DNA from: Candidatus Saganbacteria bacterium
GTDB taxonomy: Bacteria > Margulisbacteria > WOR-1 > JAKLHX01
Reading direction: 5' to 3'
Assembly (NCBI GenBank): GCA_026387835.1
Contig: JAPLKZ010000010.1
Location: forward strand, 331,716 to 363,715
DNA: 32,000 nt
Within the stretch, counting starts at the first letter, position 1. The number at the start of each line of letters is the position of its first letter. Positions 18,746 through 29,922 of this stretch are shown here, piece after piece. A model generated the notes under the pieces. The model was not told where the DNA came from. It saw only the letters and a list, made by a program, of their open reading frames with translations, and did no database searches. A program made the translations under genes and the position numbers.

Positions 18746-19144
18746 ATGAGACTCACAACTAAAGGCGAATATGCGGTAAGGGCCCTGATCTATCTTCTTC
18801 AAAAATCAGAAGAAGGTCCGGTCCAGATAAGAGAAATATCGGATAGCGAGTCGATGTCAAAGTCCTATATCGAGCAGCTTTTTAACAAGATGAGAAAGGC
18901 CGGGCTGATAAAAAGTTCGCGCGGGTCAAGGGGCGGCTATGTCCTCGGGAAAAGCCCGAAGAAGATAACCATCGGGGATATTATACGGTGTGTTGAAGGC
19001 CCGATTTATCTTACTCTCTGCAGCGGAAGCGGCGGGAACAATTGCAGCAGGGCTTCAAGCTGCAAGTCGTACCCTATGTGGAAAAAGATAAACGAAAAGC
19101 TTGAATCCGCTTTGGACTCGGTCAACCTTGGGGACCTAAAATAA
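18746..19144 (+). CDS. Rrf2-family regulator (IscR-like, heads the Fe-S cluster gene set)
   Basis: 132 aa beginning MRLTTKGEYAVRALIYL, with SSRGSRGGY and the Cys triad CSGSGGNNCSRASSC. Confidence 0.9.
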   Translation: MRLTTKGEYAVRALIYLLQKSEEGPVQIREISDSESMSKSYIEQLFNKMRKAGLIKSSRGSRGGYVLGKSPKKITIGDIIRCVEGPIYLTLCSGSGGNNCSRASSCKSYPMWKKINEKLESALDSVNLGDLK

Positions 19145-19149
19145 TTGCG

Positions 19150-19186
19150 TCTCCCCCTGACAAGGGGGAGAAACCGCCGAAGGCGG
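19150..19186 (+). other. two adjacent GC-rich hairpins between the regulator and nifS
   Basis: TCTCCCCC-tgacaa-GGGGGAGA lies at 19150-19171 and CCGCC-gaag-GCGG at 19174-19186. The nifS SD GAGGGGG follows directly. Confidence 0.6.
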
Positions 19187-19197
19187 AGAGGGGGTTT

Positions 19198-20361
19198 ATG
19201 AAAAGAATATATTTAGACTATGCCGCGACTACGCCCGCGCACCCGCAGGTCGTTGAGGTGATGCAGCCGTACTTCAATGAAATTTTCGGAAATCCCTCTT
19301 CGATCCATTCTTTCGGACAAGAAGCACGGGCCGCGGTCGAAGTTTCCCGCGAGAAAGTCGCGGGTTTGATCGGCGCCAGGACAGATGAAGTTGTTTTTAC
19401 TTCCGGCGGTACTGAGTCGGATAATTTTGCTGTTAAAGGCGTTGCTTTTGCTAACCAGAAAAAGGGAAATCATATAATAATCTCGGCGATCGAGCATCAC
19501 GCAGTGACAGAGCCGTGTGCTTTTCTTAAAAAGCTGGGGTTTGATATTACTGTACTCCCCGTTGATGAACAAGGGCTTGTTGATCTTGAAAAAGTCAAAC
19601 AAGCAATTACAGATAAGACTGTTCTGGTATCTGTTATGCATGCTAACAACGAGATCGGCACAATAGAGCCGGTCGAAGAGATAGGAAAGATTGCCAAAGA
19701 AAAAGGTGTCTTTTTCCATACAGATGCCGTACAAACTGCGGGTGCTATCCCAATAGATGTAAATAAGATGAACGTTGACCTTCTTTCAGTTTCTGCCCAT
19801 AAACTTTACGGGCCTAAGGGTGTTGGCGCTTTATACATCAGAAAGGGAACCAAGATGGTCCCCTTCATGCACGGCGGCGGCCAGGAAAAGAACCGTAGGG
19901 GTTCGACCGAAAATGTTCCCGGAATAGTCGGTTTTGGAAAGGCCGCGGAACTCGCCGCCTTGGAAATGAATGAAAGGGCAAAACATCTTATTCCTCTGAG
20001 GGATAAACTGACTACGTCCTTGTCTGAAAAAATAGGCGACAGCATCCTGAACGGACATCCGGTTAAAAGGCTTCCGAATAACGTGAATTTCTGTTTTAAA
20101 TTTGTCGAGGGTGAATCAATGCTTTTAACCCTTGATATGGAGGGGATCGCAGCATCCACGGGTTCCGCATGCTCTTCCGCAACACTTGAGCCTTCTCATG
20201 TGCTTCTTGCAATAGGAAGGCCGCATGAGATCGCCCACGGCTCGATCAGGTTTACTTTAGGAAGGCTGACTACAGAAGAAGATATCGACCATGTTATAGA
20301 TGTGTTCCCGAAGATCGTCGAAAAGCTGAGGAAGATGTCGCCGTTATACAAAGGAGGATAA
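19198..20361 (+). CDS. nifS: cysteine desulfurase (NifS/IscS type)
   Basis: 387 aa. Motifs: SVSAHKLYGPKG (PLP lysine), GGGQEKNRRGSTENV, and STGSACSS (active-site Cys). Confidence 0.93.
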   Translation: MKRIYLDYAATTPAHPQVVEVMQPYFNEIFGNPSSIHSFGQEARAAVEVSREKVAGLIGARTDEVVFTSGGTESDNFAVKGVAFANQKKGNHIIISAIEHHAVTEPCAFLKKLGFDITVLPVDEQGLVDLEKVKQAITDKTVLVSVMHANNEIGTIEPVEEIGKIAKEKGVFFHTDAVQTAGAIPIDVNKMNVDLLSVSAHKLYGPKGVGALYIRKGTKMVPFMHGGGQEKNRRGSTENVPGIVGFGKAAELAALEMNERAKHLIPLRDKLTTSLSEKIGDSILNGHPVKRLPNNVNFCFKFVEGESMLLTLDMEGIAASTGSACSSATLEPSHVLLAIGRPHEIAHGSIRFTLGRLTTEEDIDHVIDVFPKIVEKLRKMSPLYKGG

Positions 20362-20364
20362 TAA

Positions 20365-20787
20365 ATGCCCACTTACAGTGAAAAGGTGATGGACCATTTT
20401 AAGAACCCCAGGAATGTAGGCGAGATAAAAGATCCTGACGGCGTTGGGCATGTCGGCAACCCTGTCTGCGGGGACATAATGGAGCTCTATATTAAGGTAA
20501 AAGATAAAATAATAACGGATGTTAAGTTCAAGACGTTCGGCTGCGGCGCGGCAATAGCCACTTCTTCGATGATAACCGAGCTTGTTAAGGGCAAAAATAT
20601 CGATGAAGCTCTTAAAATATCAAACCGCGCTGTCGTCGAAGCGTTGGGCGGCCTTCCTCCGGTAAAGCTTCACTGTTCTGTGCTCGCGGAGGACGCCTTG
20701 AAATCCGCGATAGACGATTATCTGAAGAAAACTACAGGAAAAGGTCTGGAAGGATTCAAACCTCACGATGACCAACCGCCGCAGTAA
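20365..20787 (+). CDS. nifU: Fe-S cluster assembly scaffold (NifU/IscU N-terminal type)
   Basis: 140 aa with the three scaffold Cys in GNPVCGD, FGCGAAIA and LHCS. Confidence 0.92.
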   Translation: MPTYSEKVMDHFKNPRNVGEIKDPDGVGHVGNPVCGDIMELYIKVKDKIITDVKFKTFGCGAAIATSSMITELVKGKNIDEALKISNRAVVEALGGLPPVKLHCSVLAEDALKSAIDDYLKKTTGKGLEGFKPHDDQPPQ

Positions 20788-21847
20788 AAAAGTCCTTGCC
20801 GCGATGAGCGGCGGTGTCGACAGCTCCGTTGCTGCCGCGCTTTTAAAACAAAAAGGATATGATGTCGTCGGCATTACGCTGGATATCTGGCCTTCAAGGC
20901 CCGGCCGGTTCGCCGGCTGCTGCAGCGCAAGTGCTGTCGATGATGCGAAAAGTGTCGCGGACAAGCTCGGTATCCCGCACTACGTGCTAAATTTTCGGGA
21001 TGTTTTCAAAGAATTTGTGATCGATGATTTTATTTCGCAATACTCATCCGGAAAGACCCCCAATCCCTGTGTCAGGTGCAATCAATATATCAAATTTGAC
21101 CGTCTTATAAAAAAAGCTGACGAGCTCGGGGCGGAATTCGTGGCGACCGGCCATTACGCGATGATAAAAAATGTCAAAAAAAGATGGCAGCTGCAAAGAT
21201 CTCCCGACAAGCTCAAAGATCAATCTTATTTTCTCTACCCTATCAGCCAAAGCGCTATGCCGAGAATTTTATTCCCTGTCGGCAGTATCACAAAGACGAG
21301 GACAAGGCAGATAGCAAGGGCACTCGGTCTGAAGGTTGCCGATAAAAAGGATAGCCAGGAGATCTGCTTCGTTGAAGACAATAATTACGGGCGGTTCCTT
21401 TCCGAAAATATCGAAGGTATATCAAAGCCCGGCCCTATTTTTGATACCGACGGGAACCGTGTCGGGATGCACAGGGGAATAGCTTTTTATACGATCGGCC
21501 AGAGAAGAGGCATCGGACTTCCGTTCGGGAAGCCTTTTTACGTTGTCAGCATCGATAAAGACAGCAATTCGATCGTTGTCGGCGATGAAAAGGCTACTTT
21601 CGGAAAAGAACTCTTCGCTGATAACCTCGTCTGGACATCCATAGATGCCCCGGCAAAGCCTTTCAACGCAAATGCAAAGATCCGGTATGCTTCTGAAGAA
21701 TCGCCCGCTACGGTCATCCCGGCCGCTGATGGCAAGGTCCTGGTCAAGTTCAAGAGACCTGTAAAATCGATAACGCCGGGGCAGTCGGTCGTGTTCTATA
21801 ATAAAAATATTGTTTTGGGGGGTGGGATAATTTGCAGCAAGAGTTGA
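20768..21847 (+). CDS. mnmA: tRNA 2-thiouridine(34) synthase
   Basis: 359 aa with the PP-loop AAMSGGVDSSVAA, NPCVRCN and DQSYFL. Confidence 0.93.
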   Translation: MTNRRSKKVLAAMSGGVDSSVAAALLKQKGYDVVGITLDIWPSRPGRFAGCCSASAVDDAKSVADKLGIPHYVLNFRDVFKEFVIDDFISQYSSGKTPNPCVRCNQYIKFDRLIKKADELGAEFVATGHYAMIKNVKKRWQLQRSPDKLKDQSYFLYPISQSAMPRILFPVGSITKTRTRQIARALGLKVADKKDSQEICFVEDNNYGRFLSENIEGISKPGPIFDTDGNRVGMHRGIAFYTIGQRRGIGLPFGKPFYVVSIDKDSNSIVVGDEKATFGKELFADNLVWTSIDAPAKPFNANAKIRYASEESPATVIPAADGKVLVKFKRPVKSITPGQSVVFYNKNIVLGGGIICSKS

Positions 21848-22734
21848 CATCAAAGATTGCCGAATTAAAAAAACAAAAGAACGCTGTTATCCTCGCGCAT
21901 AATTACCAGCTGCCTGAAGTACAGGATGTCGCTGACTTTGTAGGGGATTCGCTCGGCCTTAGCATGGAAGCATCAAAGACAAATGCCGATATAATAATTT
22001 TTTGCGGCGTGCATTTCATGGCGGAGACGGCGAAAATCTTAAATCCCAAGAAAAAGGTTTTGATGCCGGATCTGAAGGCCGGCTGCCCTATGGCAAATAT
22101 GATAACTGCGGATCAGCTTGTCGGATTAAGAAAAAAACACCCGGCCGCAAAGGTCGTATGTTATATCAACACTACTGCTACGGTAAAAGCTCATTGTGAT
22201 ATCTGCTGTACTTCCGGCAACGTGCTTAAAGTTGTCGGTTCATTAAGGGATGGGGAGATCATCTTTATTCCGGACCAATACCTGGGCAGCTGGGTATCAA
22301 AGCGGCTAAATAAGCAGATGGTCCTCTGGCCCGGGTTTTGCAATATCCACGTGAAGATACTTCCGGAACATATAACCGCGAAGAAAAGGCTTTACCCGAA
22401 CGCACTCGTAATGGTCCACCCGGAATGCACGCCTGCCGTCATTGACCTCGCTGATAAAGTGGCCAGCACTTCCGGGATGATAGATTTTCCCCGGACCTCT
22501 CCCGCAAAAGAGTTTATCGTGGGAACGGAGACCGGGATTATCCACCGGCTGAACAAAAAATATCCCGACAGGAAATTTTATCCCGCTTATGAAGGGGCCA
22601 TTTGCCCCAACATGAAACTGACAACGCTTGAAAAAGTCATGTGGTGCCTCGAGGAAGAGGAAGATGAGGTCTTTGTTTTGGCTGATATCGCAGAAAAAGC
22701 CGGGGCCTGCATCGGCAGAATGTTGGACTTATAA
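21832..22734 (+). CDS. nadA: quinolinate synthase
   Basis: 300 aa with ILAHNYQ, FCGVHFMAETAKIL and MVHPEC. It uses a TTG start after GGGTGGG. Confidence 0.92.
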   Translation: MQQELTSKIAELKKQKNAVILAHNYQLPEVQDVADFVGDSLGLSMEASKTNADIIIFCGVHFMAETAKILNPKKKVLMPDLKAGCPMANMITADQLVGLRKKHPAAKVVCYINTTATVKAHCDICCTSGNVLKVVGSLRDGEIIFIPDQYLGSWVSKRLNKQMVLWPGFCNIHVKILPEHITAKKRLYPNALVMVHPECTPAVIDLADKVASTSGMIDFPRTSPAKEFIVGTETGIIHRLNKKYPDRKFYPAYEGAICPNMKLTTLEKVMWCLEEEEDEVFVLADIAEKAGACIGRMLDL

Positions 22735-23154
22735 TTCGTTTTTATCTTTTACCGCTCCTGCAGCAATGACGGCTTTATTCAGGTGTTTATCTCTCCATAT
22801 CAAGGCTGCCGAAAGCGCCGCCTGCATAAGTGCCGCTGCCAATAAATTCGTGAAGCAATCTATCAAAGAAGCGGTCCTGCCGCGCACAAGGGCCTGATGA
22901 AGTTCGTCCGTCAGGCCGTATATATATGTTAGAAAGACGCAGTACACTACCTGCCAGTTATAGGGGATTTTACACGACATCCTTACTGCAAAGAATATGA
23001 GGGCGTAAAGGGCCGAATATTCTATTATATGCACCAGTTTGATATGAACGAGCATGGGCGCGTGTTTTGCCGGCTCGGGGGGCGCGCCCGAAGATAAATA
23101 AAATATCATCGCCATATATAAAAGCGCGGGGATCCAGTAGATCGTTTTTTTCAT
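22729..23154 (-). CDS. VanZ-family membrane protein
   Basis: 141 aa with four hydrophobic helices and the motif LTDELHQALVRGRTASLIDCFTN. Confidence 0.8.
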   Translation of the reverse strand: MKKTIYWIPALLYMAMIFYLSSGAPPEPAKHAPMLVHIKLVHIIEYSALYALIFFAVRMSCKIPYNWQVVYCVFLTYIYGLTDELHQALVRGRTASLIDCFTNLLAAALMQAALSAALIWRDKHLNKAVIAAGAVKDKNEL

Positions 23155-23167
23155 GTCTTGCCGCCGG

Positions 23168-23634
23168 TCAGGGGCTTACGTCTTTTCTGGTTAGCGGCTT
23201 GTCGATTATCAGGCCCTCACTGCCAAGCGATATCTCACGTTTTCCGTTTATAATTATCTGGACCTGCTTTATCCCCTGCAGCGCTGTCAGCGTGTAAACT
23301 ATCTGGGCGAGGCTTCCATACACTTTTGAAGTCCCTCCTCCGTACATTTCCAGCTCTTTTGTAAAATCGACGTTGACTATATTGCCCTTTTTATATGCCA
23401 CCCTGACCTTCGTCCCTTCCGGTATTTGAGAATACAGCCCTTTTGCTTTTTCTTCCGAAGTCGGGCCCTGGAGCAGCTGCTCGATCGCAAAATAATAAAG
23501 GTCGGCTTTTTGGGCCGGGGTCCTTTTTTCGTAACCTTAACTTGCTTTCCCTGCTGCCCGATGTTCTGCGTAAAGACTATGGCCGCTACCGCGACTACCG
23601 CGAGTATTAAAACCGCCCATAACAGCTTTCTCAT
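23168..23634 (-). pseudogene. membrane-anchored GerMN-domain protein, frameshifted in an A6 run
   Basis: The N-terminal ORF has a signal/TM helix (MRKLLWAVLILAVVAVAAIVF) and leaves the sensible frame after ...VKVTKK. The -1 frame reads TPAQKADLYYFAIEQLLQGPTSEEKAKGLYSQIPEGTKVRVAYKKGNIVNVDF... One extra A in the run at 23524-23529 would join the two parts. Confidence 0.75.
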
Positions 23635-23664
23635 CGAAACCGCCTCCTTTTTGTCATAAATGGC

Positions 23665-26508
23665 TTAATTCTTCTTGTTTTTCCCTTTTTTTTCTTTCTT
23701 GGGGGGTTCGCTTTCCTCTGCTTTTTGTTCTTCTTTGGCCGGGGATTCATTTTCTTCCCTTGGAACTATTACGATATCAACAACCTTGTCTCCTTCGTCC
23801 ATCCTCTGGACCCGTACTCCGCTTGCCGCCCTGCCCTGAGAAGATATCGCGTCCGTTTTCTGCCTGCTCATGGTGCCGTTCTTTGTCGTTATGAGTATCT
23901 CGTCACCGGGAAGCACTATAAGAAGCTTTGAAACTTTGTCGCCTTTCCTGAGCTTCATGAGCCGTATGCCCTTACCGCCGCGGTGCTGTACTCTGAAATG
24001 TTTTTCGAGCGTTCTTTTCCCGTATCCGCTTTCTGTTATTCCGAGAAGGCTTGAGCCTTCTTCAATCACTCCCATCGAGATCACCTTGTCTCCTTTGCTT
24101 AAGTTTATCCCCCTTACGCCGCCGGCTGCCCGGCCCATGTCCCTCACGTCCTTTTCTTTGAACCTTATGGCTTTGCCTTCTACCGTGACGAGCATTATTT
24201 CTCTTGATCCGTCCGTCTCTCTTACCCAGTTGAGTTCGTCTCCGTCTTTAATGCCTATCGCTATTATCCCGCTCCTTCTGATGTTCGCAAAATCTTCGAG
24301 TGGTGTTTTCTTGATGACCCCGTTCTTGGTTGCCATCATCAGGAATGATTTTTGCTCGAAATCCTTTACGGGAAGTGCCGATGTGACCACTTCTTTCTCC
24401 GCGAGCTGAAGAAAATTGGCGATAGACTGGCCCTTTCCGACCCTGCTTGTTTCCGGTATTTCGTAAGCTTTGATCTTATAGACCTTCCCTAAATTTGTGA
24501 AGAACAGTATAAAGCTTTTTGAGGAGGCTATGATCAGTTTTTCTATCTGGTCCTCCTCTCTCGTGTTCATCCCCGAGATCCCGCGCCCGCCCCTGTGCTG
24601 TGATTTAAAGGTCGTGACCGGCATCCTCTTTATGAACCCGTCCTTGGTGATCGGGATCACGACATCCGTATCCGCGATAAGGTCTTCGATGTCGATATCT
24701 TCCGCTCCGGCTCCGATATGCGTACGTCTGTCATCCCCGTATTTTTCGTTGATCTCCCCGAGTTCTTTTTTTATGATGTCCATTATTTTCTGTTTACTCG
24801 CCAATATCGCTTTGAGTTCGGCAATAAGTTTTAATACTGCCTTGTATTCTTCCTGGATCTTCGTCCTCTCCAGCTGGGTCAGTTTTTGCAGGCGCATGTC
24901 AAGGATGGCCTGGGCCTGTATCAGAGACAGACCAAAGCTTTTTATCAGCCCCTGCCTTGCCTCTTCAACGTTCTTTGAAGCTCTGATCAGCTTGATCGCC
25001 TTGTCCAGGTTGTCAAGGCAAATTATCAGACCTTCCAGTATGTGCGCTTCCGTTTCCGCCTTTTTCAGGTCGAATTTTGCCCTTCTGGTGACAACTTCGT
25101 CCCTGTGCTTTATATACTCGGAAAGCATGTCTTTTAATGTAAGAAGCCTCGGTTCTCCGTCCACCAGTGCGACGGAGTTGATCCCGAAAGTTGTCTGCAT
25201 GTTGGTATGCTTATACAGCTGGTTGAGAACGATTTCTTTGTTCGTGTCTCTCTTCAACTCTATATAGACCCTGGTACCGCTCCGGTCGGATTCGTCCCTT
25301 AGGTCCGATATTCCCTGCAATTTCTTTTCTTTTACAAGAAAAGCTATCTGCTCTACCAGGTTCGCTTTGTTGACCTGATAAGGAAGTTCGTTAATAATGA
25401 TCGCCTCTTTCCCGCTCTTCAGCTCTTCAAAGATCACCTTCGCCCTTATAGTAAGGATCCCTCTTCCGGTCGTATAGCCGTCCTTTATCCCCTGTCTTCC
25501 GCAGATTATCGCGCCTGTCGGGAAGTCGGGGCCTTTGATGATCTTCATCAAGTCTTCGTTCGTGGCCTCCGGATTGTCGATCAGTTCTACCGCTCCGTTT
25601 ATGACCTCGGTCAGGTTGTGAGGGGGTATGTTTGTGGCCATGCCGACTGCGATCCCTGAAGATCCGTTCACCAAAAGGTTTGGAAATTTTGAAGGGAGGA
25701 CTTTCGGCTCTTCCAGGGATTCATCAAAGTTGGGCATGAAGTCGACTGTTTCTTTTTCGAGGTCGGCCAGCATTTCTTCCGCCATCGCCGAAAGACGCGT
25801 TTCGGTATATCGCATCGCCGCTGCGCTGTCCCCGTCGACGGAACCGAAATTCCCCTGGCCGTCTACCAGCATGTACCTTAGAGAAAAGTCTTGCGCCATC
25901 CTGACCATCGCATCGTATACCGCCATGTCTCCGTGCGGGTGGTATTTACCAAGGACTTCTCCGACAAGTCTGGCGGATTTTTTATGCGGCTTGTTGTGCG
26001 CAAGGCCCAGCCCGTCCATAGCGTACAGGATCCTGCGGTGGACCGGTTTTAAGCCGTCGCGGACATCCGGCAGCGCGCGCCCCACAATAACGCTCATCGC
26101 GTAATCTATGTATGACGAGCGCATTTCGTCTTCTATATTTATTTTATCCGGTCTGGCTTTTGGCGGGCCGTCATCCCCTGCCGGCGGCAAAGGATCGTTC
26201 CCGTCGCTGCCGCCCCCTTCTGTTTTCGTTTTCTCCTGTTTTTTCTTTTTCTCGGGGTTTGTTTTTGCCGCGCTTTTGGAGGGGCCTTTTTTTGTTTCCT
26301 TTTTAAGTTGCTCTTCCTGTCTTTTGTCCGCGATCTTTTTATCTATCTCGCCATCAACTTTGGCCATGAGCTCTTTCGAAAATTTTTCCTCCGGCTTATC
26401 CGGGCCCTTTGTAAAATCTATTTCCTGTAAAAACTCCTCGTCTCCCAATGTCGTTCCCCTTTCTGTTTGACTGTCGTACGGGCCCCGATCTGATCGGGGC
26501 CCCTCCAT
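23665..26508 (-). CDS. gyrA: DNA gyrase subunit A with a long N-terminal Lys/Glu-rich extension
   Basis: 947 aa. Motifs: [28 protein letters not shown], the active-site AAMRYTE, and the GyrA-box QHRGGRG. The ATG abuts the gyrB TAA. Confidence 0.95.
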   Translation of the reverse strand: MEGPRSDRGPYDSQTERGTTLGDEEFLQEIDFTKGPDKPEEKFSKELMAKVDGEIDKKIADKRQEEQLKKETKKGPSKSAAKTNPEKKKKQEKTKTEGGGSDGNDPLPPAGDDGPPKARPDKINIEDEMRSSYIDYAMSVIVGRALPDVRDGLKPVHRRILYAMDGLGLAHNKPHKKSARLVGEVLGKYHPHGDMAVYDAMVRMAQDFSLRYMLVDGQGNFGSVDGDSAAAMRYTETRLSAMAEEMLADLEKETVDFMPNFDESLEEPKVLPSKFPNLLVNGSSGIAVGMATNIPPHNLTEVINGAVELIDNPEATNEDLMKIIKGPDFPTGAIICGRQGIKDGYTTGRGILTIRAKVIFEELKSGKEAIIINELPYQVNKANLVEQIAFLVKEKKLQGISDLRDESDRSGTRVYIELKRDTNKEIVLNQLYKHTNMQTTFGINSVALVDGEPRLLTLKDMLSEYIKHRDEVVTRRAKFDLKKAETEAHILEGLIICLDNLDKAIKLIRASKNVEEARQGLIKSFGLSLIQAQAILDMRLQKLTQLERTKIQEEYKAVLKLIAELKAILASKQKIMDIIKKELGEINEKYGDDRRTHIGAGAEDIDIEDLIADTDVVIPITKDGFIKRMPVTTFKSQHRGGRGISGMNTREEDQIEKLIIASSKSFILFFTNLGKVYKIKAYEIPETSRVGKGQSIANFLQLAEKEVVTSALPVKDFEQKSFLMMATKNGVIKKTPLEDFANIRRSGIIAIGIKDGDELNWVRETDGSREIMLVTVEGKAIRFKEKDVRDMGRAAGGVRGINLSKGDKVISMGVIEEGSSLLGITESGYGKRTLEKHFRVQHRGGKGIRLMKLRKGDKVSKLLIVLPGDEILITTKNGTMSRQKTDAISSQGRAASGVRVQRMDEGDKVVDIVIVPREENESPAKEEQKAEESEPPKKEKKGKNKKN
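26480..26502. repeat. perfect 23-bp palindrome GGGCCCCGATC-T-GATCGGGGCCC inside gyrA codons 3-10
   Basis: Read directly from the sequence. The arms are 11 bp with a single central base. Confidence 0.95.
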
Positions 26509-28476
<1,968 letters not shown>

Positions 28477-28480
28477 TTAT

Positions 28481-28786
28481 TTAGTTCCTCTCCTTTTCTT
28501 TTTTACAGCCTATCCTCACTTTTATGTCCTTTACGACCGTTTCGCCGAGTTCATCGTTGATCTTTTTGATGCTCCCGTTTTTATGAAAGACGATTTCCTG
28601 GCTTAATGACGGATTTTCCGTTACTATGAACAGAACCCCTTTTGAAATTCTTTCCGCCCAGCTTTTCCCGCTCGCGTCTATATTTTTGTCCCAGACATCT
28701 AGAGCCCCGTAGCTTTTCAGTTTCCGGTCCAGGGCCGGGTTTTTTTTGACCAGCCCTGCCAGCGCTTCTTTCGCCGTCTCTATCAT
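28481..28786 (-). CDS. DUF721 / DciA-like protein
   Basis: 101 aa in the conserved position between dnaN and gyrB. It shows the DUF721-like pattern (W..., LFIVTENPSLSQEI...IKKINDELG). It has an ATGA overlap with dnaN. Confidence 0.7.
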   Translation of the reverse strand: MIETAKEALAGLVKKNPALDRKLKSYGALDVWDKNIDASGKSWAERISKGVLFIVTENPSLSQEIVFHKNGSIKKINDELGETVVKDIKVRIGCKKEKERN

Positions 28787-29922
28787 GCCGGCGTATCCGT
28801 TGTCCTTATCGGCATTATTATATAGATATAATTTTCGTCTCCCTCGGGCCTTATGATGCCCGGGCTGATCGGTCCGGCAAATTCCAGCGTCACTTTCTCG
28901 CTGTCGATCACTTTTAATGCGTCCGTTATAAGCCTTACATTGAAGGCCACGTGTGATTTGGCCTCGCCTTTTAAGTCCACATCCACTACCTCGTCGACAC
29001 TTCCCACGTCCGGCGAGTTCGCTATTATATGCAATTTCCCTTGTTCGATCCTGAGCTTCACGATATTCGAGCTGCTTCCCGCTATAACCGCCGCCCTTTC
29101 GGTCGCCTCAAGAAGTGCCCTTGTTTCGGTTGTCAGCTTGACCTCGCTCGATTTAGGCAATACCTGCTTGTAATCCGGGAACTGCCCCTGTATCAGGCGG
29201 GAAACAAGATAGACATCTTTGAATTTGAATGCTATCTGTTCATTGGATATGCTTATCTTTAATTCTTCGTCGTTCCTGTTCTGGATTATCCTGCAAACTT
29301 CCAGCAAAGCTTTTGCCGGCACGATCACGCTCGACACTGCGAGGACCGTGCCTGTATTTGCCCCCCTTTTCGCGAGACGGAACCCGTCCGTCGCTACCAT
29401 CCTTATATTGCTGTCGTCCTTTTCCTGGGGGTTTTTGCCCGTCTCTAAAAGCACCCCGTTCAGAATATACTTATCTTCGCTGGTGGACACGGAAAAGGCC
29501 GTTTGTTTGACCATATCGGTAAATGTCTTTGGTGATACAGTTATTGTCTTCGCGTCTTTTATTCTTGGCAATAAGGGGAATTCTTCGGCCGACATCCCGT
29601 TTATCGTTGATGTCGATTGTTTGTAGGATATTTTTACGGCGCCTTTGTCTGTTTTTTTAATATTTATGTTTGTCGCCGGCAGTTTTGCCACGATACCTGC
29701 CAGTGTCTTTGCCGGAATAAGTACGGATCCGTCCTCTTTTATCGACGCGGGTATTGTTACCTCAAGTCCCATCTCAAGGTTGTTGGCCGACAGTTTTATC
29801 CCGTCCTTTTTTGTTTCAAAAAGAACGTTCCCTATTATCGGCAGAGTGCTTCTTGTGGCAACAATGCGCTCGACGGCCTGCATTCCTCCAAAAAGATCGT
29901 CTTTTACACAGAGAACATCCAT
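28783..29922 (-). CDS. dnaN: DNA polymerase III beta sliding clamp
   Basis: 379 aa with a typical three-domain clamp sequence (TLPIIGNVLFE..., MVATDGFRLA, PIRTTD-like end). It lies directly downstream of dnaA. Confidence 0.95.
   Translation of the reverse strand: MDVLCVKDDLFGGMQAVERIVATRSTLPIIGNVLFETKKDGIKLSANNLEMGLEVTIPASIKEDGSVLIPAKTLAGIVAKLPATNINIKKTDKGAVKISYKQSTSTINGMSAEEFPLLPRIKDAKTITVSPKTFTDMVKQTAFSVSTSEDKYILNGVLLETGKNPQEKDDSNIRMVATDGFRLAKRGANTGTVLAVSSVIVPAKALLEVCRIIQNRNDEELKISISNEQIAFKFKDVYLVSRLIQGQFPDYKQVLPKSSEVKLTTETRALLEATERAAVIAGSSSNIVKLRIEQGKLHIIANSPDVGSVDEVVDVDLKGEAKSHVAFNVRLITDALKVIDSEKVTLEFAGPISPGIIRPEGDENYIYIIMPIRTTDTPA

Noticed and set aside
22536-22546. An additional DnaA-box-like sequence (TTATCCACC) inside nadA
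   Set aside because: It is a single one-mismatch occurrence inside a coding region far from the origin. This is expected by chance.
26188-26190. Internal TTG as the true gyrA start, which would give a normal-length GyrA
   Set aside because: The SD is poor. The 107 codons upstream stay open in frame up to an ATG fused to the gyrB stop, and they show coding-like Lys/Glu composition. This is kept as the alternative hypothesis in the finding.
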